A stretch of DNA of 64,000 bases from Camelus ferus (lineage: Eukaryota), in the NCBI RefSeq assembly GCF_009834535.1, contig NC_045698.1:1862001-1926000 (forward strand). The letters are read 5' to 3'. The notes under the pieces are model-generated. The model did not search any database. It worked only from the letters and a program-made list of their open reading frames with translations, and had not been told where the DNA came from. A program made the position numbers and the translations under genes. Below, in pieces: positions 37,108-50,479 of the stretch; position 1 is the stretch's first letter; every line of letters starts with the position of its first letter.

Positions 37108-40100
37108 TAAGCCGGTCCTGCCTGAGGAGAAAGTCTGAATGATGAGAGCTGAATATCGACTGCGACCTGGGGGCTCCAGCAAAGCGCCGCCTCCCCCACA
37201 CTCACCCTGACAAGGTGCATGGCGAGCAGCCGGGACCCAGGCAAGAGGGCAGCAGTTTGCAAACATCATCTCAGGCCGTGAGGGGAGCAGAGGGTGAACG
37301 GCTGAAGGAGAGTCACAGGGTCTTTGTGGGAAATGACCACACGGAGTCAAAGAGAGACAGTGGGGGGTGCGATGCTGACCGTGTCCAGTCTCACTCCTGG
37401 TCCCATCCAGCGCCTCGGACCCCTGCCCCTGCTGCACATCCCAGGCCAACGGGGCAGCGGGGGAGGCGCTCATCCGGCAGTGGCCCCGCTCCAGAGAAAA
37501 CCTGCTGGTGGCAGGGATCTCTAAATGTCCAAGAAGATTTTCTTATTAGTATTTTAAATCTTTATACTGGAACTCATGCCATTCTTGCTGTAATCTCATT
37601 CACTCGAAACTCAGATGCCTTATTTTGTCCCAGATACGCATTTAAATTTGACAGAAAACAGCCAAATATAAATGGGCATTTGGGTATCATTTAAATTCTT
37701 GTAAATTTGTTCATTCTATCTGCGACTTTCAACAATCACTGTCATTCCAAAGGGGCTGTGAGGCTCCAGAAAAATGAAGAGAGTCTTTATACAAATGGGA
37801 AATTTGAAAGTTGCCTTCTGTTTTAATTTCTTAAAATTTTGTTACAACTTTGATACTTAGCTGACTTTTGGATCCATAGAACTAGGAGCTGCTCAGGGAG
37901 ATTTTTTCCTTTATCTCTTCCATCAGATGTTGGTCCAGGTTCCTTTAAACCCAAGTGAAAGAGAACATGGCCTTTTATCAAGGCACGAGCTCTGGAACTC
38001 ATGAGACATCCTGGGACACACAGAGCCCACAGCTGAAGTCTGGAAGTGCAGCCCACAGCTTTGCCCTCCTGGTGAGTCACAGCTCCAGCCAAGGTCCTGA
38101 GCTGAGAATTCCTGTGGTTCCGTCAGTCAAAGTAGCCTTATGAAGCTACCCTTTTCTCAACCCTCTTTGACACTAGAACGCTTTCTAATGTAAGAATGTG
38201 CTAGCGTGCCACAAAGCGGCGTGTCTGCAGAATGGCCCTGGGTACCGCCTTTTATTTTCAGCTGCACCGAATGGGAAGGAGTGGGTTCATGGAAGTTATT
38301 CAGAAGTCGGGCACAGGTCTGAGTCAAGGAATCGTACATTTCCAACCTTTCACTTGGCGCCCACAGCAAGAAAGCCATTGCTGTCTTTTGCCAGGTGCCT
38401 CCATTAGAGAGTTAGTGGTGGCATTTCTCATGAACCTACTTTCCATTCTCACTTAGAGACATTTAAACCATATGGCTCCAAGCTTCCTTTATCTTTTTGC
38501 AAAAAAAAAAAAAAAATGACTAAATGTGGTATGAAAGACTTAACCCAGCCAGGACTGAATTGAAACAGAGCTTTGATGCGACCCAGACAGCCAGCTCTGT
38601 GGATATCAGGACATTTTGATGTAAATTGAAAATTTCAACCGTCCACAAGGAGAACGGACAGAAACTTCAGACCCACGACAAAAGTGGAGGACATTTATAG
38701 GTTGTGCTATTTGAAGATAAATGACGTTTTGGATTCAATTCAGAAATGTTGCACATTTCCAAAGCAGCCTCACCAGATGGAATCACAATGTTTTATTATG
38801 ATTTTAAAAATAAAAGTTTTAGATGGTGGCATACCAGGGATGTTTGAAATTCATTCTGCATCCTGAAAAGCTTACACTTGTCAGCCTTAAATAGAAATTT
38901 TAAAAATCCACCAATTGGAGTTTAAAAATTTAGTTGTGTTGACTTTTAAAAATAGCCCCTGTAAAATCTCTCTGTCTCTCCTGTTTCTTTCTTTCTTTTT
39001 TTAAGTAGCTATAGTGTCCTGCCTGTGCTTAACGCAGAACTACCAACTGTCTAGTCAAGGACATCGGGTGTGGGGCCCAGGCTGTCTGGCCCGGGGCCTC
39101 CACCAGCCTTGCCCCGGCCTCTGCGGGAGCCCGCGGGCTATGCCGTCACCCTTCACCTGTCAGCTGTGCAGGAGGCAGAGTCCTGGACCTTCCTCCCGTT
39201 ATCATATACCAGCTATGCGATTTTGCGCAGAAATGTGCTTTCTCTCCTCAGGGGCAAAATCAAACAATTTTGCAAAGCTTTTGTCTGGCTCCGTGAGCTA
39301 CAATATGATGAAATGAATTAGATGCACTAAATTAGACCACAGATGTGAATAATTGATAACTGGCCTTATATTTCAACTCTTACAGCGCTGTTTGTCCTTC
39401 CGAGAGGAGCAGGTGAATCCAAAGGTGTGCGGCCGCCTGCCTGCACCCAGCCCTGAGCCAGCTCGCTTTATCTCCGTGTGGTTCTTCCCTGTCCGATCTA
39501 AGTCACCAACACCAGAGAAAGAAGAGAGGGCGTATCTCTGACCGCTGAGCCCTCCGGCTTTCTGTTCACGCCCAGGCGGATGGAGGAAACGCCAAGGATG
39601 CTTTCAGAAGGCGAAGCTCGGGCCGTTGCTTTTAACCTCTTTATAACCGGTGTATTTTTGAGCCGAGTCTTCTGAAAGCTACACGTCGCCGCCTGTGGAT
39701 TCTTTCTGGATCTAGATGACAGTGGCCTCAGAAAACTGCGTCTGCTTCTCCTGAGTGACCATCAAAATCCAAGCCAGCTGCGTTTCTTCAGAGAAGCTTC
39801 TTAGCTAACGCACCTGGAGCGGATCGCCCCTGGGAAAGGGCTCTGTCACTTTGATTTCAACTGAAAAATAAATGGACCCTGGGATTACATCCCTCTGTGT
39901 CTGAGACTCCCCAGAAGAGCTGGTCCTGGCTTGGCACTGTCCACACGGAGGGCACAGGGGCAGAGGCGGACACTCCGGGATGGAGATGCCCGGGGTGACC
40001 GGAGACAGTGACCGGCTAAGACGGTGACTTCGGCTGGAGTCTGAGCCGCCGTCTGCTGAGTGGAGACCTGCAGGTCTGGCCAGGCTGCTCTGGAGTTCAT

Positions 40101-40789
40101 GAAAGGAGGGACCCAAAGCACTCGGACGTTTTGAAGGGAAGCTTGTCTCACCTAAAAACCAGACTGAACCTGCCCGTGGTGTCCGACGTCGCAGGGGCAG
40201 CCCCGCCGGGCGCCGGCGCGCCTCGTTCTCGTCCGGCCTTGGTCGCAGGCTCTCCTGCGGCTGGGGATGCCGTCACCTTCCTGTCGGGCCAAGGCTGAGG
40301 CGTCTGTGAGTGTTTAAAATATTGTCTTCACTGGGCCTGTGTGTTGAAAGTTCCTTGTCCGTTTAATTGAAATCTGAGGTTAATATAAGAAAATTGAAGT
40401 GAGACTTGGAGTGGAAATTTGCTAAAAGAAATGTGTTCTTTAGCCTACGGATACATTGCTTTTTCTTTTGATTTGGGGTTTGGTTTTGTTGGCTTTTTTC
40501 CCTTTTTCTTGAAACTTGATATTTGAGGGTATTTCCAGTCTTTGAATCAGTCAACTGTGGTCAAACCATGCTTGTAGACCAGACTAGTGCAAGCAGCCAC
40601 ACTGACTTTAAAGACTAATAAAATCGTGCTGCTTCTTGTTGAATGTCATAAGTGATGAATGGTCCTATTAAATCTCCACACGGCCTTATTACCGTGTCAA
40701 AACAGATCATCAAAGAGACACCCACCCCGTGCGGCAGAACGCTGGTGGCCCGCCGTGGGCTTTCCGGCGGATCCGTCCAGGGTCCACAC

Positions 40790-40900
40790 TCGATGGTACA
40801 AGTGTCTCGGTGTGTGAGGGCTCCGGGAGCGGGGACGATGCACTGTCCAGGGCCAGGCACGCAGTACAGCCCAGTAAATGCCTACTTGAATGACTGGGGT
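40790..40900 (+). mobile_element. L2 3' terminus fragment
   Basis: ccagggccaggcacgcagtacagcccagtaaatgcctacttgaatgact resembles the L2 end cctggcacatagtaggtgctcaataaatatttgttgaatgaat. Confidence 0.45.
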
Positions 40901-41730
40901 GACCCCACCGTGCACGTAGTCCCTTGTGCCTCATGTGAATCTCTAAGATGCCTTTGCTACATTTATTTGACAAATATACGTAAGGAAAACCATTGTGCTC
41001 TTCCATGCAGTGAGGATTTTCTTTACAGTCCGAGGGTGTGCTCAGCGACCAACCCCCCCTGAAAGATGGTGGCCCCACTTCCTGTCTGTGGCTGCTCCAC
41101 TGGGACCTGGTTGTCCACCAGACAGAGACGGGGTCCCCTCTTCCCGCCCTCACTCTCTGCTTTCTCCATCCCCTGTCCACCATATGTTTTCTTACACCTG
41201 CCTAAATCCCCGTCCAAGATGACCCAGGCAGGGTCCACGGTCGGCAAGAGGCGTGCCTGTGAATCAATGTGGGTGAACAGTAACTCCCTGTCAGACACGG
41301 GAACAGCTGGGCACCCACGCCTGCCCCCACCCGTCAGTGGAGACGGGGAAACGCCAGCCAGCCCAGGCCCACCCAGGGCAGAGATGCGCCTGCCCTCCCC
41401 GCTGAGAGGCTCTGGGGACTCCCCCACCCGCCTGCGTCCATCAGATGTGCTGCTGGGCATGAATGGGGCGGGGGGGGGGGTCCCTTGCCTGCCTGCACCT
41501 GTCTGCTCAGCTGATGGGCAGGGAGAGGTGGGGGCGGCCCCCTCCCATGCTGTCAACCCCGCTGACAGACAAGTGTAGGGGTGGGCAAGGCCCCTGGCCT
41601 CTCGTGGTCAGATGGGGGGGTTGTTGCTTGATTGGGGAGCAGACGGGGGTTCCGCTTGCCTGGCAGCCTGAGGGGCTGTAAGCACTGGAGACGGAGGGTC
41701 TACAAAGACTAGAGTGAAAGACAGGGCGGG

Positions 41731-41765
41731 AGTGTGTGTGTGTGCGTGTGTGTGCATGTGTGTGC
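41731..41765 (+). repeat. (TG)n microsatellite, imperfect
   Basis: gtgtgtgtgtgtgcgtgtgtgtgcatgtgtgtg. Confidence 0.9.
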
Positions 41766-42860
41766 CTAAGCCTTTTTTGAATGTGAAAATGGGGCCCCAC
41801 GTGCACACCACGGGGCATCCACTGAGCCATAACACTTGTCTTATAGCGACTGGGGCAATGACAAGCTTTTGTCCAAAATATTTTGCTATAAATGGGACTT
41901 TCACATAAATACGCTTTCAAAAATGAAGAAGGGAGGTAGGGTCAATACGTGTTAAGTTTGAACTTCAACTGTATAAGATACAAATTTAGACCTATTATAT
42001 ATTTTTCGTATTTATAGCCCCAAATAGTAAGCTTGTTCCCTTACCACTTGGTAGGTAAAGAACGTGGTTTCTGAGCCCTTTACTCAGTGGTTTCAATTTT
42101 TTTTCTTTCTTAGATTAGAATTCTTTCACCCATAAGAGACATTTAAAGCCAGGATCTGGGTGCAGGCTTCGGACAGGAAAATCTGCCATTGACGAGAGAT
42201 GCTACCGGTCCGCTTCACTCAGGAAGCATCGTGCAGTGTTACCAGGTTGGAGCCTCCAGGGAAGCAGCCCGAGGCCCTGCTGGAAATGAGCCTCGTGGAG
42301 AGTGCTGGCGACAGGGCCGCTGCCCTGGGAAGGGGCTCGGTGAGGAAGCAGTGGAGCGTCTTATGACTGAGTGTCTGGCCAGCTCTACACAACCCGCAGA
42401 AAGATGGCGTGAAGTATTTTAGTGATTCATTACGTAAACAAGACACTTTTCTTTCATAAGAACTCAAAATATCTGGAATTTGAAGGAAGGAAGTTGGGCA
42501 CTTACTCCGATCCTATTTCGCTTCCATGAAATAGAAAATGAGAGGCCTATTTCCTGACACCCGGGGAGCCGGCGTCGAGCTGGCGCAGTGACACTTCAGA
42601 CGGAGCCTGCATGGCTCCGAGGATTGATGCAGATGAAGGATACACTGTTAAAGATTCTGATCGCTCTCAGAATTTCCTGCTCTGTCCTCCCAGAACAGCT
42701 CAGTAAAAATGGCCGACGGGACGGTGTGGTCTCAGCAGTGCGCGTGGGAAGACCTAGCAGCCAGTCAACCATTTGAAGCCAAAATCAACCTGCTGTTCAA
42801 GAGTAAACCTTCTCTCATCAAAGAATGACACTGGAAATACTGACACAGGAACATGGGGCG

Positions 42861-43443
42861 TGAGAGGACGGCCGCTTCCCAGGTCTCAGACGAGTCTCTG
42901 GGACGCGCCCCATCACGTGAGGGTCCTTGGCTTCGCGCAGGAATGAATCCAAGAGTGAGCCAAAGCAGAGTGGAAGTAGGTTTACTCAGAGATGCGCACT
43001 CCGTAGACCGAGTGTGGGCGCCTCAGAAGGACAGACAGGCCACGAGGCGTGGGGGGGGGTTAGTTTAAAGTAAAAGCAGACGCACACTCCATAGTCAGAG
43101 TGAGGGCGTCGCGCTCAGAAGCGAGAGCGGCCACGAGGTGTGAGACTGTTGGTCTTCATGGGCTCAGCACCTTCACGTGCTGACAAGTGGGAGGGTTATT
43201 CCAACTGCTTTGGGGAAGGGGCGGGGCTTCCATGAACCGGGCCACCTCCCACTTCTTGACCTTTTAAGGTCAGCCTCGGAACTGTCATGGCGCCTGGGGG
43301 AGGGCCGTTTGCCACGCTGATATGTTACAATGAGCGTATAAGGAGGCTCAGGGCCCACTGGGAGCTGAACCTTCCGCCATCTTCATGCTAACTGCTGTGT
43401 CCTTCCTTGAATGGCTGTGCCCTGCCCCCTCCCTCCTGTCTCA
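42861..43443 (-). mobile_element. ERV1-type solo LTR (laurasiatherian/artiodactyl family)
   Basis: Minus strand begins TGAGACAGGAGGGAGGGGGCAGGGCACAG and ends TCTCA. U5-like gtccttggcttcgcgcaggaatgaatccaagagtgagcca, YY1 motif ccgccatctt at 43374-43383, and an internal ~60-bp direct repeat. Confidence 0.75.
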
Positions 43444-45851
43444 ATGCCAGCAGACACAGTGGTCCGACGTGGTGGGCAATCAGTGCCTCCCACCCCCCTC
43501 CCTGAAATACGCTTGTTGGTCCCACATTCACAGGTCCTGGTTTCATCATCCTGACTCGTTCATGAGTACGGTACCTAACCACGCTTTCAGAAGACAGTGA
43601 ATTTGCTATTTTTCAACTTCTTCTTTTTCGCTTTGAGGCACAGGGTACTTTTCTGGGCTCATTAGCAGAGATTCTGTTTGTATGTGCAAATATGCCAGGA
43701 TGACCTGGAACATCGGCTGTGGTTCTTCATGCTCAATGTGGATGTTAACAGTTGAGTGAAAGAAGGCATCTCTCAGTTGGACCAGGAGAGAGAGGCCTCC
43801 ATTCACGTTTAGTTTCCTTTCATTTCTGGGCACGTGGCCCCTGGCCCAGACTGATGCCACAGGTGCACTTCACAGGCCGGCTCTCGCCTTTTTTGGAGCC
43901 GTGGGTTTATCCTGACTCTCCAGGGCGGTCTCTGCTTCAAGTCTGATGTCCAGGAAAGTACAAGGAGAGGCATTCTGTGAATTCCTTGACTGCCTTCCTT
44001 TTATGCTCTGCACTGGTCATTTTACACCTGGAGGAGTGCATCCAGTCAGGGAAGCCACATTTAAGGGAAAAAGAGAAAAAACTTGAAAAGAAGAATTCCA
44101 GAGGGGACTCGCAAAGGGCCAGGGTCTCTGACGACATCGCGCGAGTAATAGCTGAAGGTACTAGAGGTATTTAAACCAGGAAGGAGGGCGCCCAGAGGGG
44201 GCATTAAAGTGTTTGTAAGTTTTTCATGTGAAAGAGGAGTTACAGACAGTCGTGGCAACTGCAGAGACCTGAGCCGGGACCCTCCTGTGGGCCACGCTAC
44301 AGCGAGCAAGGGACGAGCTCTGCCAGACGGGGGTCGGCTCAGCGGAGCTTGCTGGCAGCACAACACCCAGTAACTGGCTGGAAAAGCACCTCTTAGGGAT
44401 GTTGGAAAGAGCAGTCCTTCCTTCCAGTAGGAGTTTGACGTCAAAACGTCTGAATGTTTCCTCTAATAGTATATGATTCAATCATAAAGCTATTTAGAAT
44501 ACTCTGGGTCAGGATGGTGCCAAATCTTCCCTGTTCATTATAGATCATTTGAGCTTTTTTTTCGCCTCAGATTTAACACTATGAAGGTTTGTTTTAAAAT
44601 CTAATAGAATAGATTTATCAAATATTCTTGTATTAAGTCACAGGTTGATTGCATATTCAGTTTTGGTGGTTATATGTCACCTCGAAGACAACCAGCTAAT
44701 ATGAAAGAAAAATGGAATGAGCTTTAAAATGGTAAATTTTGACGGCCTGATAAATAAATACACCCTAAAGATTCAATAATTCATCACTTTGAGTTATTTA
44801 TCTCTCTCAAAAGATTTCTGAAATCATTCTTTACTGTTTGGCTTGATTAATTCTTTGATCTCCCCCCCGGAGATCCCTTTATCCGCAGCCACCGCACGGC
44901 TGAGTTATTAAACAGAAGGCGGGCTGACCAGCAGGCTGATGTCAATCAGGTGAAGCTGTGCAGAGGCTGGGCGCCGGCTGGGAGGGCAGCTTTTCTACTA
45001 ACCGGGGTTGGGAGGGCTGCGGCCGCCGTGTGTTGGTGTACTAGTTAAGCGTAAGTGGCTAGTTTACAGGCACACTGGTCACCAGTGCGGGGCCACCTGC
45101 TCGCTAGGAGCCCGTCTGAATTACCTGGGTTCTTTAGGGCACTCCATTAACAGTCTTTTTCTTGGGAGAGTAGTGATGGCTCTAGTTTCCCTGCGGTGCC
45201 CACTTGCAACGCTGGGAATCACAGGAACTTCCAAAAAAATCACTGTCCGCTACAGAGCGGGGGTTTGTGTGTATTTGCAAGGGCTGAATTAAATCCTGGC
45301 AGGTTTGCATCGTTATTAACGTTTTATGGGAAATCTAGACACTGGTTATTCCACCTGCTGGTCCTCACAATCTTCAGATATTCTGACTCAGGACCCAGAC
45401 GGCACCCGACATGCGGGCGGTGGGAGGAGACCAGCCTGAGAGGTGGGCTAACGGGACCTTCAAGACCGATCTGGAAAAGCAAAGACCTGAGCCATAAGGC
45501 AGCCTCCGCAGAGCCGCCTTTTCTCTTAAGTGGGTCCTTAAGCTAACGAAACATCTGCAGGTAGAGGAAAGCTCCCTGTGACGGAGGCCAGGCCAGCATG
45601 CGATTAATAACTAAACACACAAGCAAGTGACTCGTGCTTGGGACTGCTGTGTGCCCGCACTTACTTCACCCGTGTGGCCTCACACCCGGATCTGGGAGGT
45701 GGGGGGCGTCTCCAGGGCAGGGGACCAGTGAAGGGCTGAGGTCTCCACCCTGGGCTGCAAGGCAGGGTTCACACCCACTTGAAAGACGAAGTGAAGCAAG
45801 TCCCTGAAGCAGGAGCTCAGGCCCGAGCCGAGCCGTCGGGTGCTCACTTCT

Positions 45852-45930
45852 CTCCCCCGGTCTCCCCATCCCTCCCCATCCCTCCCCCCCGCTCACCCCG
45901 TCCCTCCCCCCTCCCTCCCTCCCCCCTCTC
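45852..45930. repeat. C-rich low-complexity tract (G-rich on minus strand)
   Basis: ctcccccggtctccccatccctccccatccctcccccccgctcaccccgtccctccccccctccctccctcccccctc. Confidence 0.85.
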
Positions 45931-46182
45931 TGTCTTGAGCCTGTGATGGTTCTACAGTTTGTGCCTGATGGTTATAGAGAGAACATTCAGCTTTATTTAT
46001 AACAGCACTTCCCAGATTACAGTGGATTACTTTTCTGGAAAGAAGGAACGAGGGGTTACGGGACCGGCTCCACCATTAACTGCTCTCGGGAATCCTGGGG
46101 TGAAGTCAGAGGGGTTCCCGGGGCCCCTCCTGAGCCCATGGTGTGTGGACATGCTGCACGGGTCTCCCTGGAGGGACTGCAC

Positions 46183-46270
46183 ACAGGGCTTCCTGAACTT
46201 CTTTGCCCATGAAATCCTTTTTCATGGAATGTCTATTAATATCTCAGAACACAGTGTGGAAAAACTCTAG
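46183..46270. mobile_element. Possible short hAT-Charlie MITE remnant
   Basis: cagggcttcctgaac ... gaacacagtgtggaaaaactct resemble Charlie-type terminal inverted repeats. Confidence 0.35.
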
Positions 46271-47849
46271 TTCACTTTATTAATTCGCTTACCAAACCCT
46301 TTCTCCATGGATAAGGCACCGACAGACGCTATCCTTGGTCAGGTCTGAATCGATAACATTCTGAATCGGCAAAGGCGAACTGGTGGCATTTCTCTTCCAG
46401 AATGTGAATTGAAGAGCGGCTGCCACGATCCCCAAGCGCGTCCCAGACTTGCCTGTTCTGGGGCGTGTCTTAGGAATAAAAGGCTTTACTGATTCAGGCA
46501 TTTCCGGAACTACTTCAAAACCTACTCGCTCTCTCAACACCCAACTCGTGTGGTGGGGATCCAACGAAATAACAATTCTGAAAAAAAACACAGAAATACA
46601 CAAACGAATAATAAAAAGAACAAAACCCAACAAAAACTCTTCATACCTGTCTTTAAACTAGAATTTCACAAATATAACGAACATTGAATTATTATGTTTT
46701 TAACTACATAACAATCTTCCCACAAGCTAGTTTTCTGGAACACACTTGGGGATGCGCTCACCTGCAATGGCAGTTCAGATTTCTTTGGGAGCCACAGCTG
46801 ACTTAGCTTCCTGCCCCTCCAAGGCTCAGGAGCGCCGGAGCAGGAACCAGGAGGGCCGTTAATCTGCAGCACCCCCGGAACTCTGCAGGACAGTAAAACA
46901 AGCCAGGGACGCGCGTTAACTACCTGTGCTTTAAACTGAGCTGCTGCTAAGCTCTGCTCCGTCACCCTCTGTCGTTTGCCGCAGCCTTTTCACAGACGCT
47001 GGGGAGTCAGGGCGCAGGCACACCAGGTTCTCGCCGAGCTCCTTAACACCGGGTGTGGGCAGACCCGATGGCTGCGCGATGCTTCTGGGCCGTGTCTGTT
47101 CTAGTTTACAACGCAAATAAATCTGGTCTTGGCAGATTGCAGCAAATTGACACTGTCAGATAAGTAACAGCATCGCCACGGGTACAGTTTGACCTTATTC
47201 ACGTATTTAGACTTCAGAAATGACTAGTAAGATGGTGAAAATTACTTGTAATTTCATAGCAAGTTAAGATTTCCTGAAAATGTTCTCAAAATTATTTCAC
47301 TGGATGTCGATGCAAAGTTTCTCCTCGCTCTTTTATCTTTGTGTTGCTTTCGCGGAAAACAAACATATGAGTCTTTCTTCAACCCGAGATCTTTAAGTCA
47401 CTGCCCTGCAAGGGCCACCTCTTTGTTTTCCTTCCCCCAGAACCAAACTTCTACGATCTTTTTCATAGGATGTTGCGATAATTCCAGGTATCGGTGTGCT
47501 CTGTCCGTGGTGCAGTTGGCTTTAGCAAGTAACTGCAGCACGGTACTTCTCTCTGACGGCTAGAATTCTTTTACGATGTCAGAATCATTGTCGACAGCAT
47601 CACTGTCCTCACGTGTTCATGCACACATTTTATAACTAATAACCTGTGGAATGAGCTACTTTATTTTGAAAGCTGACATGAAATAAAATAATTTATAATT
47701 TCTATTCATTTAATTGGTGCTTCCAGAAAAAAAAAAATTCAATTTCCAAGAGCATAACTCTTACAAAAAGAACAGCAGTGTAAACCAAATACTTACCATT
47801 TATTGGGAATTTTGTGACTGCTCTTTCTAACACATCTAAAGTCTAAAGA

Positions 47850-47895
47850 TTTTTACAGGTGAGGAAACCGAGGCTCAGAGTGGTGAGCAGCAGGG
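47850..47895 (-). mobile_element. MIR core fragment
   Basis: ttttacaggtgaggaaaccgaggctcagagtggtgag. Confidence 0.75.
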
Positions 47896-49759
47896 AAGGC
47901 TGACGCCAGGCTGACAGGCGTGTCTGCCCCTCTGTGTGAGGTCGGGCTGCCTGCTGTGAGGGTCTCGGGGCACAAAGTAACACATGTGCCTAAAAGAAGC
48001 ACAGTATCCAAACCGTGGTCAGAACGGCTAATCTCTTAGACTTTAACTTAGTGGTAGGATTTTATTTTACTCAGTTTCCTAAGAAACACTCCATTATTCC
48101 TACTCACGGTGAGGATAAAGCTCAGAGAGAGCCATTACCTCGCCTCTGTTTGCTAACCCTGCGTCCCACACCAGCCCGGACACCTGCCCTCGGCACCCAG
48201 CGGAGCATCAGCACGTGCACCTGTCGGCGGCATTCACCTCGGGTGCCCTCCTTCTGCCTTGACCGGCACACACAGGTTTCCGGAGCACCGGCCTGTCCGT
48301 CAGGTCAAGCCTCCCTTTCAGGTCTTCTTCCTGAAGGGCTCAAGGATGGCAGGAAAAGGGACTGTTTCCTTGTCCCTGAACCTCTGGCCCTTTAAGCCTG
48401 GTGGGCTTTCCACGTCCTCAATGCTTTTTCTTGTCAAATCCGACTTATTAGTTTTAAAAATGAATCTATACCCATTATTGCTAGTGGAAAAAGTACAGAG
48501 TGGTCATTCTTAAAAGGTCAGTGTCTTTTCTTGTCTCCTACCCACCAGTCTGCTTAGGAGGCTAACGCATTTACACTGACGGCCGCCGTCCTTAGCTTGG
48601 CGTGGTTGAGAGGCTGTGTCAGCTCAACAGGACACACAGAGAGGGCTGCTTTGCTGTCACTTAGCTCTTCAGAGAAAGCTCACACCAAGCTCCTGACGCT
48701 CTGACTGAGTGCTCTCACTCGCTGCTGCGTTCTCCCAGCCCACAGCTACACAGCTCGTCCTGCCTGAAAGCACGGTCATATTCCTGCTGGTCTGATTTTT
48801 TTTTCTTGTCACCACACCCAGTGCCATATTCTTGCTCAGATAGTCTTACATATTAATGCTTTTTATATTTCTGTTTTTTACGTCACCAAGAAAAAGACTG
48901 CTAGAAAAAAGGGAATGCACATCTTTGCTTAATAAACGACACTCCAGTAAGTGGCAGCAATTCAAAGTCTGACTGACAGTTCATGAAGATGACTACTTCC
49001 AAACACTCCCATCCATATTGGCTACTAGTGCACTTAAAATTGTTTTCTATATTGGTAGGGTTAAAAAAAAGGGGAAAAAAAAAAGACTCTCTCCACTTAA
49101 CTTGCATTTCTCTGATGGTGAGGTTGAGCTGATTTTCGCACATCTGTTGACCATTTGGATTTGCCTTTTCTATGACTCAACTCTCCATTAAATATTGTTT
49201 GTTTGTCTTTTTCTTTTCAATTTGTAAAATGCTGGTGATATTTACCTTTTGTGATGTGTATATGTTGCAAGTTCTTTTTCCAGTACATTATTTGTCTTTG
49301 ACTATTTATGTGATCATTTATCATTAAAACAATGTGGTCAGACATGGCTAAGTTTCCTATATGGCTCTTTGTTTCTCAACTCAAATATCTCCAAAAGGTT
49401 GTCAAAATTATGTAAATTTTAAAGATTTTAAAAAAGATGTTGTTTTGAGTACAGTATAAGTAGAGGCTTAGTTTTGGCGTCTTCTAAACGAATAGCTAAT
49501 GTGTCAGCACCATTTGTTAAGTGCCCTCGTATCACTGTCCTGGACTGAAATAGCTCTTCTGCCGTACACTGTTTCTGCACACACTTACTTTGTGTCTAGA
49601 ACTCCTGTTATGGAATTCTGTCCTGCCAGTGTTATACTGCTTTCCATGTCAATGACTTTGTGTACATTTTACAGTAGTTTAAGTCAAGTGCCTGCTCACT
49701 CTTCTGATATTTAAAATTCTACAGTCTCTTCTAAAATATTTACTTTTCCATATTGTTTC

Positions 49760-50080
49760 AGTTAGATTAGGCTAGGCAAAGAAGAAAAAATTAACTTTGA
49801 AGTGTTCATGCTTAACTCAACACAGGTGTACCTGTTGCAAACTCCCACGTCGGGGTGGTTCGAGCAGCTCTCCTCCAATCAAGAACCCAGGATGCAGGCA
49901 CTCCTCGTGGCACTTGTGGCACTGCCATTTCAAAGTGCAGCTTCTGATTTTGTCTTTGCATAAGAAAAGTAAATAAAAAGCCAAATTAATTCTCAGGTAC
50001 GGTCCACTGGTCATACCAGTCATGTGCTCTCAACCTCAGAGCAGAGCAGATTGTGATATGAAGGTAAAATGTGGAATTTT
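49760..50080 (-). mobile_element. MaLR LTR fragment (old MLT1 type)
   Basis: gcagctctcctcca...aacccaggatgcagg...gtggcactgccat and ccactggtcataccagtcatgtg resemble antisense MLT1H-K. Confidence 0.45.
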
Positions 50081-50479
50081 GGTGAGCAGGATTCTCTCTG
50101 TTTTATACCTGGCCTCTCAAGCCATTTTATTCAGTTCAAAACAAAGTTTTCTTCAGGTTAAAATTGCATCACATGTGTATATTATTTGGGAAGAATTAAG
50201 GCTTTTATGATTTTAAATTTTCCTACCCAGGGAGATGATACTTGTAGCTGTCTACCTCGCCTGCTTTATGTTCTTCAATAGGACTTATAGTACAGATCTT
50301 TAATCTTTCTTATTAAGCATGTTCCTAGATACCTTATAGTTCTTTTAGTTTGGAAAAATGGAATAATTTGTTCTCATTTTCATCTCTAATTATTGAAAGT
50401 ATAGAAGAAAACTATGATTTTGTATATTTAGCTTATATCTAGCCACCTTACTAAACTTTATTCTACATTCTAGTAATTT

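Noticed and set aside
43606..43860. Minus-strand 84-aa ORF with protein-like composition (possible processed pseudogene or exon)
   Set aside because: Not recognised as any family; no poly(A)/TSD or convincing splice sites.
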